Virus record (IMG/VR): IMGVR_UViG_3300044995_000220
DNA from: a virus
DNA length: 34,458 bases
Direction: 5' to 3' (one strand)
A model generated the notes under the pieces. The model saw only the letters and a program-made list of their open reading frames with translations, had not been told where the DNA came from and did no database searches. The first letter of the stretch is position 1, and each line of letters begins with the position of its first letter. The translations under genes were made by a program, and so were the position numbers. Of this stretch, positions 27,073 through 34,209 are shown piece by piece.

Positions 27073-27573
27073 ATGTCTTCAACTTTGACTTCAGCTCTGA
27101 TTATCTCCATCATCCTCGATCTTTTTCCATATATGTCTGGCAACAATCGAACGTGCATAGAACGAAACCGTGCACGTATTGCAGCGCAGCTCGATGAAGC
27201 CTTTGCGCGCTATCCAGACGTACCCCGCGAGGTACTAGCTGCTGTCGCCTTTGCCGAAACGCACTTAGGTTGCGATAAGGGAGAGGGCGGCAATTGGGGT
27301 GCACCGATCTCTCGTAATCGCCGACATACTGCCGGCACTCATCTACATGCAGCCGGCGCATTGCACCGTAGCCTTGCAGTGTGCGGCAACATCGATGAGG
27401 CAATCATGCGTTTTCGCGTGGGCCTATGTAATCCACGCCGCCAAACTACTAACACCCTTGTGCGCATTCGGGCCGCAAATTACCTGCGCACTATACAACG
27501 CCTTCAGACCGCAATCATGCGCCGCGCAGCGGCGTTTACCGAAACGAATGAAGGCAATTCATTTACACCGTAA
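27073..27573 (+). CDS. Putative lysozyme-fold / lytic transglycosylase-like protein with hydrophobic N-terminus
   Basis: FARYPDVPREVLAAVAFAET resembles the SLT motif I helix ending in catalytic E(S/T); GNIDEAIMRF resembles motif III; no clear GLMQ motif. Confidence 0.5.
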   Translation: MSSTLTSALIISIILDLFPYMSGNNRTCIERNRARIAAQLDEAFARYPDVPREVLAAVAFAETHLGCDKGEGGNWGAPISRNRRHTAGTHLHAAGALHRSLAVCGNIDEAIMRFRVGLCNPRRQTTNTLVRIRAANYLRTIQRLQTAIMRRAAAFTETNEGNSFTP

Positions 27574-27886
27574 AATCTACTTCAGGTAACTCCATAGGCA
27601 CTTTACGTGCCTCTGCGATCGCACGCTTGAGCGCACGTCTCTCCGATCTCTGTACATCCGGCGGCAGCTTTCGCAGTATTCGATAACACTCAGTTGCCTC
27701 ACGTAACGAGCGTTGTGCTGTACCTAACCCAGGGAGCGCAATGTTCGCATACACGCTCGTCTCATAAAGAGCGCGCAACGCGCGCAGCTTCGCTAGCTTT
27801 GTTGCAGTTGACGCCGAAGGTGCGCACCGATGTTCAATAAGTGCAAGTCGGATTGCACGCTCAATAGACTCTCCCGTATATCGCAT
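27563..27886 (-). CDS. Hypothetical basic helical protein (107 aa)
   Basis: TAGAAT-N6-ATG upstream. Confidence 0.55.
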   Translation of the reverse strand: MRYTGESIERAIRLALIEHRCAPSASTATKLAKLRALRALYETSVYANIALPGLGTAQRSLREATECYRILRKLPPDVQRSERRALKRAIAEARKVPMELPEVDFTV

Positions 27887-27896
27887 GGAAAAATTC

Positions 27897-27923
27897 TAAA
27901 TTATTCAGATAACAAGGTACAAG
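27897..27923 (+). promoter_or_regulatory. Putative phage promoter TAAA-N15-GGTACAAG (copy 3)
   Basis: Exact motif and spacing; 10-bp stem at 27929-27970 follows. Confidence 0.6.
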
Positions 27924-28065
27924 ATTAGGTTGTGGGTCCATGTGGCTTCAACGCCGTCAAGACCCACAACAAACGAAGCTTGCACAAGACCACACGAGTA
28001 CATGTTCCCTTGACAAGAAAACTTGTTGAGATACCGTAAACGGTACGGGAGCCCTTCACCCCCAC

Positions 28066-28116
28066 AAGCCCGTTGTCTTCGGCGTCAGGAACTGAAGACA
28101 ACGGGCTTTTTCTTTT
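28066..28116 (+). terminator. Intrinsic terminator
   Basis: aagcccgttgtcttc...gaagacaacgggctt followed by tttctttt. Confidence 0.8.
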
Positions 28117-28134
28117 CAGATCCACAACAAACAA

Positions 28135-28578
28135 ATGAACATGTCCCCAGCTGAGCTGATCAAGCAGTACCGGGCAATACTACAAGAACGCTATGCCCGC
28201 ATGGAGCACGCTTTAGATCGCTACAGTGTAGCTCTAACTGAATTGCTCCTTGCAAGCAACTTACCCGATCCCCGAGTCGTATCTCGCGTCGGTCCCGGCT
28301 CCGGACAAGACCTCTCAACCGTCTCATGGAGGCAAGAAGTCGCAGCGACTCGGCAAACTGGCAGGACAACAGTAATCGTGCGTGTTGAATTTACCGTTAG
28401 CTTAACTGGCTTTCATTGCGCTGTCCGCGACCCGCGCAGCGAAACATCGCCAGTACGCTACGAGCACACACAGCGCGATTACACACTGCCCCGCCAGTTC
28501 GTTGCCCTCGCGCGACAACTAGCCGACGACCCCTCGTTGCCCCGAGAACATTGGGAAGCAACGATCTACACCTTTTAG
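28135..28578 (+). CDS. Hypothetical protein (147 aa)
   Basis: First ORF of a plus-strand run. Confidence 0.65.
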   Translation: MNMSPAELIKQYRAILQERYARMEHALDRYSVALTELLLASNLPDPRVVSRVGPGSGQDLSTVSWRQEVAATRQTGRTTVIVRVEFTVSLTGFHCAVRDPRSETSPVRYEHTQRDYTLPRQFVALARQLADDPSLPREHWEATIYTF

Positions 28579-28598
28579 GTAATCACAAGGAGGCAACA

Positions 28599-29009
28599 AT
28601 GAACACCAAAACGTCTTTTTACATCCCAGAATACTGCAACCACCCACACAGCCTCGAAGATGGCGAAGCAATGTGGCACGCATGCACTCGACTTTCACCA
28701 ACAAAACTACGCATCAAACACAACTTCGGCGAAAACGCCGTAAAGGAACCGCTAACTGAATTTTATCCAGGCGAGATGGAAGCACTGAAAAACAACGACA
28801 AAAATGCACTAGAACAAATTTACTGGCAACATGCACCAGCCCTCAAAGTGCAGGATGTCATCAACAAACTTATCGAGCTCAGTGAGAAATCACCGCTCGG
28901 CAAAGACACAATCGTTCATGTTTTCATGAACAAACACAAACAACTGAAGAACATCCAACTCAAAACAGATAATTGGGGTAACGCCGAGATCATCTTCATC
29001 GTCAAATAG
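28599..29009 (+). CDS. Hypothetical protein (136 aa)
   Basis: AAGGAGG SD before ATG 28599 (MNTKTSF...). Confidence 0.7.
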   Translation: MNTKTSFYIPEYCNHPHSLEDGEAMWHACTRLSPTKLRIKHNFGENAVKEPLTEFYPGEMEALKNNDKNALEQIYWQHAPALKVQDVINKLIELSEKSPLGKDTIVHVFMNKHKQLKNIQLKTDNWGNAEIIFIVK

Positions 29010-29681
29010 ATGGTGCGTGTTATGAGCACTATCGCGAAAGTTCAACATATTTACCGCCACTGCCAAGGCGGTGAATACATCGTCGAACAAATTGCTCACG
29101 ATAGCTCCAACCCTCCACAAGAAGTCGTCGTCTACCGAGAAGTACACGGATCCAAAGTCTGGGTTCGACCACGAACCGAATTCGAAGGGATGCACCCTTC
29201 TGGAGTGCCTCTCTTTGAACTGATATCGGCACTAACCCGACTTGAATGGACCGAGTATTTCATAGATATAACGCACCTAATCGCACAACGCGCAACATGC
29301 GACCGCAAACGCGTTGGCGCAGTGTTCGTGAAAGATAACCGAATCATCGCCACAGGATACAACGGATCCCCTCCAGGACTCCCGCACTGCGATGAAGTAG
29401 GTCACGACATCATAATCACTGACGGCCGCGAAAACTGCGTGCGCACTGTGCACGCCGAACAAAATGGCATCTACCAAGCCGCACAGTACGGTGCGACCTT
29501 AGTAGATACCGTAGTGTACGTCAACACTTTCCCCTGTTGGAATTGTGCCAAAGCGTTGTTGTCAGTGCGCGTCGCCAAGATCATCTACGACGCTGACTAC
29601 AACAACGACTCACGCGTATTTGACGCCTTCAACCGAGCTGGCGTGCCGCTGGAAAAATTCGTTCGAGAGTCTGTCAAATAA
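29010..29681 (+). CDS. DUF1653 domain fused to dCMP deaminase (ComEB-like)
   Basis: YRHCQGGEY...VVVYR...WVRPRTEF (DUF1653 pattern); RATCDRKRVGAV, TGYNG, HAEQN, PCWNC (deaminase). Start may be 29022. Confidence 0.9.
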   Translation: MVRVMSTIAKVQHIYRHCQGGEYIVEQIAHDSSNPPQEVVVYREVHGSKVWVRPRTEFEGMHPSGVPLFELISALTRLEWTEYFIDITHLIAQRATCDRKRVGAVFVKDNRIIATGYNGSPPGLPHCDEVGHDIIITDGRENCVRTVHAEQNGIYQAAQYGATLVDTVVYVNTFPCWNCAKALLSVRVAKIIYDADYNNDSRVFDAFNRAGVPLEKFVRESVK

Positions 29682-29704
29682 CACAAATAACAAGGAGAAC
29701 ACGC

Positions 29705-30298
29705 ATGAAGAACAAAAACAATCTTGACGTCGAATTGTACGAAGCATTTATTGAGTGGCTCACAAAACCGCTAGACAAAGACTATACAAATCACCTTGCC
29801 GATGCATATCTGCATGCCTCGACTCGTGCACGCAATCTCATAACAACCGCTATCGAAATCGGCGTAGAGGCCGATTATGTCATAGCATGGAAAAATACAT
29901 TGCGCACGTGCGCTAAAGAGCATCGGAACATACTTCGTAACAAATTGGAACAAGCTTTGGACGAAGAGCACATCTACGGCTGCGAAAACAATACATGCGA
30001 TATTGACGCAGCGTACAAATACGATCTGCTCTCTTGGGCTGCGCACATCCTAACTGGGGCAACTGAATGCCCAAAAACAACTGAAGCATACATAAAGTTC
30101 ACCGAAACTTTCATGGAGCCCGGTGAATTCGACGCACACTTAGAGCAAGAACGCAAAACCCTGCTCGCGATCGACCACACTCGCTGCGAGCACTGCGGGA
30201 GCATTGTCTGGGAGCCTGATCGTTATTACGGCGATAGCTGTGGTAACTGCGGACACAAAATCCCCGCAGAAAACTCCGATGACGACGAAGAACAGTAA
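29705..30298 (+). CDS. Hypothetical protein with C-terminal zinc ribbon (197 aa)
   Basis: AAGGAG SD; CEHC...CGNC. Confidence 0.7.
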   Translation: MKNKNNLDVELYEAFIEWLTKPLDKDYTNHLADAYLHASTRARNLITTAIEIGVEADYVIAWKNTLRTCAKEHRNILRNKLEQALDEEHIYGCENNTCDIDAAYKYDLLSWAAHILTGATECPKTTEAYIKFTETFMEPGEFDAHLEQERKTLLAIDHTRCEHCGSIVWEPDRYYGDSCGNCGHKIPAENSDDDEEQ

Positions 30299-30319
30299 CT
30301 AACACCAAGAAAAATAACC

Positions 30320-30619
30320 ATGAACGAACTCACCTTTGACGACGCTTGCCGCAAATACAACTTCAACTGCGCGTTACGCCAAGACTACATCCGCGTACGC
30401 GAAGTACTGCCAGACAAAGACAACGTAGGCGCTCTGTTCGCTTACTGCCCACCCAAAGATGGATACGTCACCATCGATCTATACGTGACTCGCAATGGAA
30501 ACGTTGAGCCCGGGGTGGGAGATCTCAACTGCCGTGTCGAACACGCAGATGACGTTATCGACGCTATCGCCGATGGCGATATAGAGCGCCTCAATCAAAT
30601 CATATTTTCACAAACCTAA
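30320..30619 (+). CDS. Hypothetical protein (99 aa)
   Basis: Last ORF before the terminator. Confidence 0.65.
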   Translation: MNELTFDDACRKYNFNCALRQDYIRVREVLPDKDNVGALFAYCPPKDGYVTIDLYVTRNGNVEPGVGDLNCRVEHADDVIDAIADGDIERLNQIIFSQT

Positions 30620-30623
30620 CACG

Positions 30624-30668
30624 AAATAAAGCACCACAGGGCTTCAAAGCCTTGTGGTGCTTTATTTT
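30624..30668. terminator. Bidirectional intrinsic terminator
   Basis: aaataaagcaccacagggct...agccttgtggtgctttatttt between convergent genes. Confidence 0.85.
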
Positions 30669-30687
30669 GGCCGTAAGAAAAAAACAA

Positions 30688-31113
30688 TTACGACGTAAAG
30701 GCATACGAGAGAGGTCTACCCGCTGAGTGCAGAGCCGAGAGGCGCCCAGCCAAGGCATTGATTCCCTCGCGTGTAGAAAGGAGCTTTTTAGCATCCTGTC
30801 GCCCAGTAAACCCGCCGTACACTCCACCGCTAAGAGCGCCAAGAAGCGCGCCGCGAAGCGCCATATTTTCTTCCTCTCCAGGGTGCGCGAGCAACATACC
30901 GCCCGCACCGCCAATCAAACCTCCATAAAGCGCACCACGTAGACCTTGATCAATTGCGTGCGTGTACGTAAGCGCACGCGCAGGATTTTTGTGAGCAAGA
31001 TCTCCAAAACGGCGCAGAACACCGCTAAGAAATGCGCGCTTGGTCAAGGACGGCCGAAGTCTGCTTGCAAGGTCCACAGAAATACCTGCATGTTTTGTTC
31101 GATAATGAAACAT
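30688..31113 (-). CDS. Glycine-zipper membrane-type protein (141 aa)
   Basis: GALYGGLIGGAGG and GALLGALSGGVYGG; ATG 31113 chosen because the longer start lies in the tandem repeat. Confidence 0.65.
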   Translation of the reverse strand: MFHYRTKHAGISVDLASRLRPSLTKRAFLSGVLRRFGDLAHKNPARALTYTHAIDQGLRGALYGGLIGGAGGMLLAHPGEEENMALRGALLGALSGGVYGGFTGRQDAKKLLSTREGINALAGRLSALHSAGRPLSYAFTS

Positions 31114-31219
31114 AACAACTAAAATATTATGCCGATCGCAACAAGGGGATGCAAGACCCCGAAGATTTGATGCGCTCGGCACAGGGGGGCGCAAACATCG
31201 CGAGGTTTTGCTAAGCAGC

Positions 31220-31285
31220 GCGCTCATAAGGCGCTCATAAGGCGCTCATAAGGCGCTCATAAGGCGCTCATAAGGCGCTCATAAG
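31220..31285. repeat. Tandem repeat (GCGCTCATAAG)x6
   Basis: Six perfect 11-bp units running into the first array unit. Confidence 0.95.
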
Positions 31286-31476
31286 GCGCTCAAACGCCGC
31301 GGGGCTTAGCTAAGCAACGCGCACACGAAAAGGCCGCTCAAACGCCGCTGGGCTTGGCTAAGCAGCGTGCGCACACAAGGAGGGGCGCTCAAACGCCGCT
31401 GGGCTTGGCTAAGCGACGCGCGCAAATGCGAGGAAGGGCGCTCAAACGCCGCTGGGCTTTGCTAAGCGACGCGCGC
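31285..31476. repeat. Left array: 4 units with core CTCAAACGCCGCNGGGCTTNGCTAAGC
   Basis: Cores start at 31289, 31337, 31388, 31441; degenerate fifth unit near 31190-31216. Confidence 0.9.
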
Positions 31477-31480
31477 TAGA

Positions 31481-31558
31481 CACAAAACGGCGTAAAAGTC
31501 AAGAGGGTTTTGTTTAGTGGCGCGGGCCAAGCACAAAACAGTGTAAAAGTCAAGAGGG
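31481..31558. repeat. Two 27-bp direct repeats containing TTGACT on the minus strand
   Basis: 31481-31507 and 31532-31558, 25/27 identical, 51-bp period. Confidence 0.85.
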
Positions 31559-31728
31559 GGTTAGACGATTTTTTGGCGAGCCCGCTGTCGAACTCCGGAA
31601 GAGGGATTGGCAAATGAAGGCCTCTAGCAGGCGTTACAAGCGGCTCAAGGCCCAGCTGGCTACCCCCCCTAGCTTGAGGGGGTATAAAAAGCCCGGAAGG
31701 GCCCTTCCCGTTCGTTGGCGCCCGGGTT

Positions 31729-32124
31729 TCAACGTAACGTGTCCCAGTCGATCCCCGGTGGTTCTGAGAAGACATTGGGTTGGGTGTCAGGGCTGCTGGG
31801 AGGAAGGCCGAAACCCTGGGCAGCGCGAGCGCGTGCGCGTGCGTCTGGGTCAGTAGCAAGGCGCGCGGCGTCGATCTGCTCGCTTGCGGAAGCCATTCCA
31901 GGCGCGATTGGGTCTTCATGGGGGAGCAAGCCTTGGGCGCGGAACTCAGCCTCCCACTGAGCGCACAGCACCATCAACGCTTCGGCTGCGAGCTTGTTAG
32001 GCCGATTCGGGTCGCTTGTGAGGCGCCCTTGGTGCGCGGCGAGCTTTAGCACGCGCTCCAGGCGCACCAGCTTGGTGTACGGGATCGAGAGCGAGAAGGG
32101 GATTGCGCGGTCTTTGATCAGCAT
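31729..32124 (-). CDS. Putative ribbon-helix-helix DNA-binding protein (131 aa)
   Basis: GAGGTG SD and TATAAT upstream; IPFSLSIP strand, YTKLVRLERVLKLAA helix, NKLAAEALMVL helix, then a Pro/Ala-rich tail. Confidence 0.5.
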   Translation of the reverse strand: MLIKDRAIPFSLSIPYTKLVRLERVLKLAAHQGRLTSDPNRPNKLAAEALMVLCAQWEAEFRAQGLLPHEDPIAPGMASASEQIDAARLATDPDARARARAAQGFGLPPSSPDTQPNVFSEPPGIDWDTLR

Positions 32125-32148
32125 CGTGAGCACCTCGTGCGCCGTTCA

Positions 32149-32556
32149 TTATAAATCGAAAGTGGTTATTTTCGACTAATCGAAAATAAAAATAGGTCAG
32201 GCATACACATGCGGGTGTGCGCGTGCGCGCACGCGCGTGCGCGACGGGTGTGTGCACGCGCCCGCATGAGTATGCATGTATGTGTTTGTCATACATTTAC
32301 CTACATTTCTCGCGAGTGACGTATATATAGTTTTTGGTGGGGAAAAGAGAGAGGGAGAGATTGAACGCGATTGCAAAAAATATTCCTGCCAAATTTCCGT
32401 GTGATTTCAACATGTTAGGCGTATTCCGCCATGACTTTGGGGGGGCGCTCGCGCTCGCGCGCGCGCACGCGTACGCGCATGCGTACGCGCACGCACATAC
32501 ACATCTGGTCTATTTTTATTTTCGATTAGTGGCAAATAACCACTTTCGAATTATAA
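32149..32556. repeat. 52-bp AT-rich inverted repeats flanking a 304-bp core
   Basis: 32149-32200 versus 32505-32556, 47/52 identical. Confidence 0.92.
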
Positions 32557-32846
32557 AGAAAAAATGTGTCAATCTGTGCCAATTTGCTGGAATTTTTGTG
32601 CAGTTGTGCGCCATAAAGCAGCGATGTCTGTGTAGTACGATGTGCGTAATGTAATCGATTTAGATTACAATAAGTTATTGTCCTACACAGTGTGAAATGT
32701 ACGGATAATGTGTGTTAGGGTATTGTTTATGCACATATGTAGAAATTGTACGATATGGTAAGAAAGATAAGTTACAGTGTGTGAATAGGAGGTTATATCT
32801 GTTTTGTCAAGACATAAGATTACAATTAGAACAAAGTAGACAATAT

Positions 32847-33034
32847 CATACACTAACTGACATTGTGGTTAGCGCTCCCTGTTTAGTACACAACATACAC
32901 TAATTGACATTGTGGTTAGCGCTCCCTGTTTAGTACACAACATACACTAACTGACATTGTGGTTAGTCCTCCCTGCTTAGTACACAACACACACTAACTG
33001 ACATTGTGGACATCACTCTCTGTTTAGCCCACAA
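32847..33034. repeat. 4 x 47-bp tandem repeat (iteron-like)
   Basis: catacactaactgacattgtggttagcgctccctgtttagtacacaa at 32847, 32894, 32941, 32988; last copy diverged. Confidence 0.95.
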
Positions 33035-33065
33035 CGCGCGCAAAGTGCGCGCTTTGCGCAACGTC

Positions 33066-33327
33066 AAGCCCGTCGGCGTTTGAGACCTTGACGCACGCTG
33101 CGCACGTCGTACGGCGTAAAGCCCGTCGGCGTTTGAGACTCCCTTCTTACTCTTTGTCGTGCTCTCAATGGGGAATGGCGCGCGTTGAGCGCGCTGCGCA
33201 ACGGCAAGCCCGTCGGCGTTTGAGACCTTACAGGTATGCGTTGCGCACGTTGCGCACGTTGCGCACGTTGCGAACGTTGCGCGCGCTGTGCGCGCTGTGC
33301 AACGGCAAGCTCGTCGGCGTTTGAGAC
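33066..33327. repeat. Right array: 4 x AAGCYCGTCGGCGTTTGAGAC, the inverted counterpart of the left array
   Basis: Copies at 33066, 33119, 33206, 33307; a 9-bp tandem (CGTTGCGCA)x~5 lies at 33239-33283. Confidence 0.9.
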
Positions 33328-33389
33328 CCTGCTAAGAGTGCATTGTGAGCGACAAGGTATGGGTTGTTTTTAAGTCCAGCGTATTTTCA

Positions 33390-33416
33390 TAAATTGCTTG
33401 GGGAAACTGGTACAAG
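33390..33416 (+). promoter_or_regulatory. Putative phage promoter TAAA-N15-GGTACAAG (copy 4)
   Basis: Exact motif, then a hairpin and AAGGAGG. Confidence 0.65.
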
Positions 33417-33458
33417 TTTGCGGAGCCGCGTGCTGTGGGCTCCAAAAGGAGGTTTTTT

Positions 33459-33767
33459 ATGCGATCGACGGGTCGAATTCGAGCTCTAGCGCGGTATTAC
33501 AAATTGATTACTGCGTTGGAGCAGGAGCTACAACGCTCCTTTAGAGCAGAAGCTGTTAGCCTCGATGAAATCGTTCGCAACGTGCGCGCTGCTTACGATG
33601 CGCACGTTGCGCATGCTTTGTACGACTCAAAGTCTTCTACACGGCTTGCGTTGCTTTACTTGGCTGTGCAAGCCGGGGGTTTTGCAGTGAAGATAGATAG
33701 AAATATCGACGTGGCGCGCAATGTGCGCGCCCTTCATGCCACTTTAAACCAGGTGGTGGCAATATGA
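33459..33767 (+). CDS. Hypothetical protein (102 aa)
   Basis: AAGGAGG SD before ATG 33459. Confidence 0.7.
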   Translation: MRSTGRIRALARYYKLITALEQELQRSFRAEAVSLDEIVRNVRAAYDAHVAHALYDSKSSTRLALLYLAVQAGGFAVKIDRNIDVARNVRALHATLNQVVAI

Positions 33768-34045
33768 AAACAGACCCACGTTTTGTCGCTCTTGGAGCGG
33801 CGCTTAGGTCTGTGTCACGTAAGCGTCTTGTTCGCCGTGACGATGTGCTTGTTGTGCGCTCTGGACGCCTACGTTGTGAAGCGTATATTGATCTTCTCGA
33901 TCGTGAGACACCTATTACGATCGAGGTTGAAGGGGGGTTATTTCCGATACGGATATATGCGCGAGACGTGGGCGCTGCACTAGCGGCGCTCAAACGATAT
34001 GGCAGAGAGCGGGAGGAGCTTCGACAGCTCTTTTCGCTCTCATAA
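33764..34045 (+). CDS. Hypothetical protein (93 aa)
   Basis: ATGA-coupled; terminator follows. Confidence 0.7.
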   Translation: MKTDPRFVALGAALRSVSRKRLVRRDDVLVVRSGRLRCEAYIDLLDRETPITIEVEGGLFPIRIYARDVGAALAALKRYGREREELRQLFSLS

Positions 34046-34084
34046 AAGAAAGCCCTAGGGTACAAAACCTAGGTGCTTTCTTTT
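34044..34084 (+). terminator. Intrinsic terminator
   Basis: aaaagaaagc-cctagg...cctagg-t-gctttctttt. Confidence 0.75.
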
Positions 34085-34142
34085 GGTTTCTAATCTTCTA
34101 AAGGGAGGGGTATTCTAGAGGGGTTTAGAGGGGGGTATTTTA

Positions 34143-34170
34143 TAAAAACGTCCCTGGGGAGGGGTAAAAG
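34143..34170 (+). promoter_or_regulatory. Putative phage promoter TAAA-N16-GGTAAAAG (copy 5)
   Basis: Followed by tgtagcgg/ccgctaca stem and AGGAGG. Confidence 0.6.
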
Positions 34171-34209
34171 AACATGTAGCGGAATAACCCCCGCTACAAG
34201 GAGGAAACT

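Noticed and set aside
31285-31476. Mini-CRISPR or guide-RNA array
   Set aside because: The ~20-nt linkers resemble each other (gcgc...caca...purines), as expected for a diverged tandem duplication rather than acquired spacers.
32149-32556. IS or MITE bounded by terminal inverted repeats
   Set aside because: No transposase in the window, no clear target-site duplication, and the repeats are nested in a larger symmetric structure.
11028-33120. Recurrent ACG(G/A/T/C)CGTAAA as a separate regulatory motif
   Set aside because: It also occurs inside coding sequence (for example near 2988), sometimes overlaps a TAA stop, and has no fixed distance to starts; not separable from chance by eye.
31476-33324. 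ORFs 31476-31919, 31997-32296, 32334-32654, 32712-32903 and 33088-33324
   Set aside because: They are mostly translations of DNA repeats (ARAR, AHAY, LRTLRT) or shadows of the RHH-like gene, without RBS.
33056-33328. CRISPR array (repeats end TTTGAGAC, like some CRISPR repeats)
   Set aside because: Gaps between the 21-bp cores are irregular (32, 66, 80 nt) and low-complexity, the same motif occurs inverted 1.6 kb away, and no cas gene is visible.
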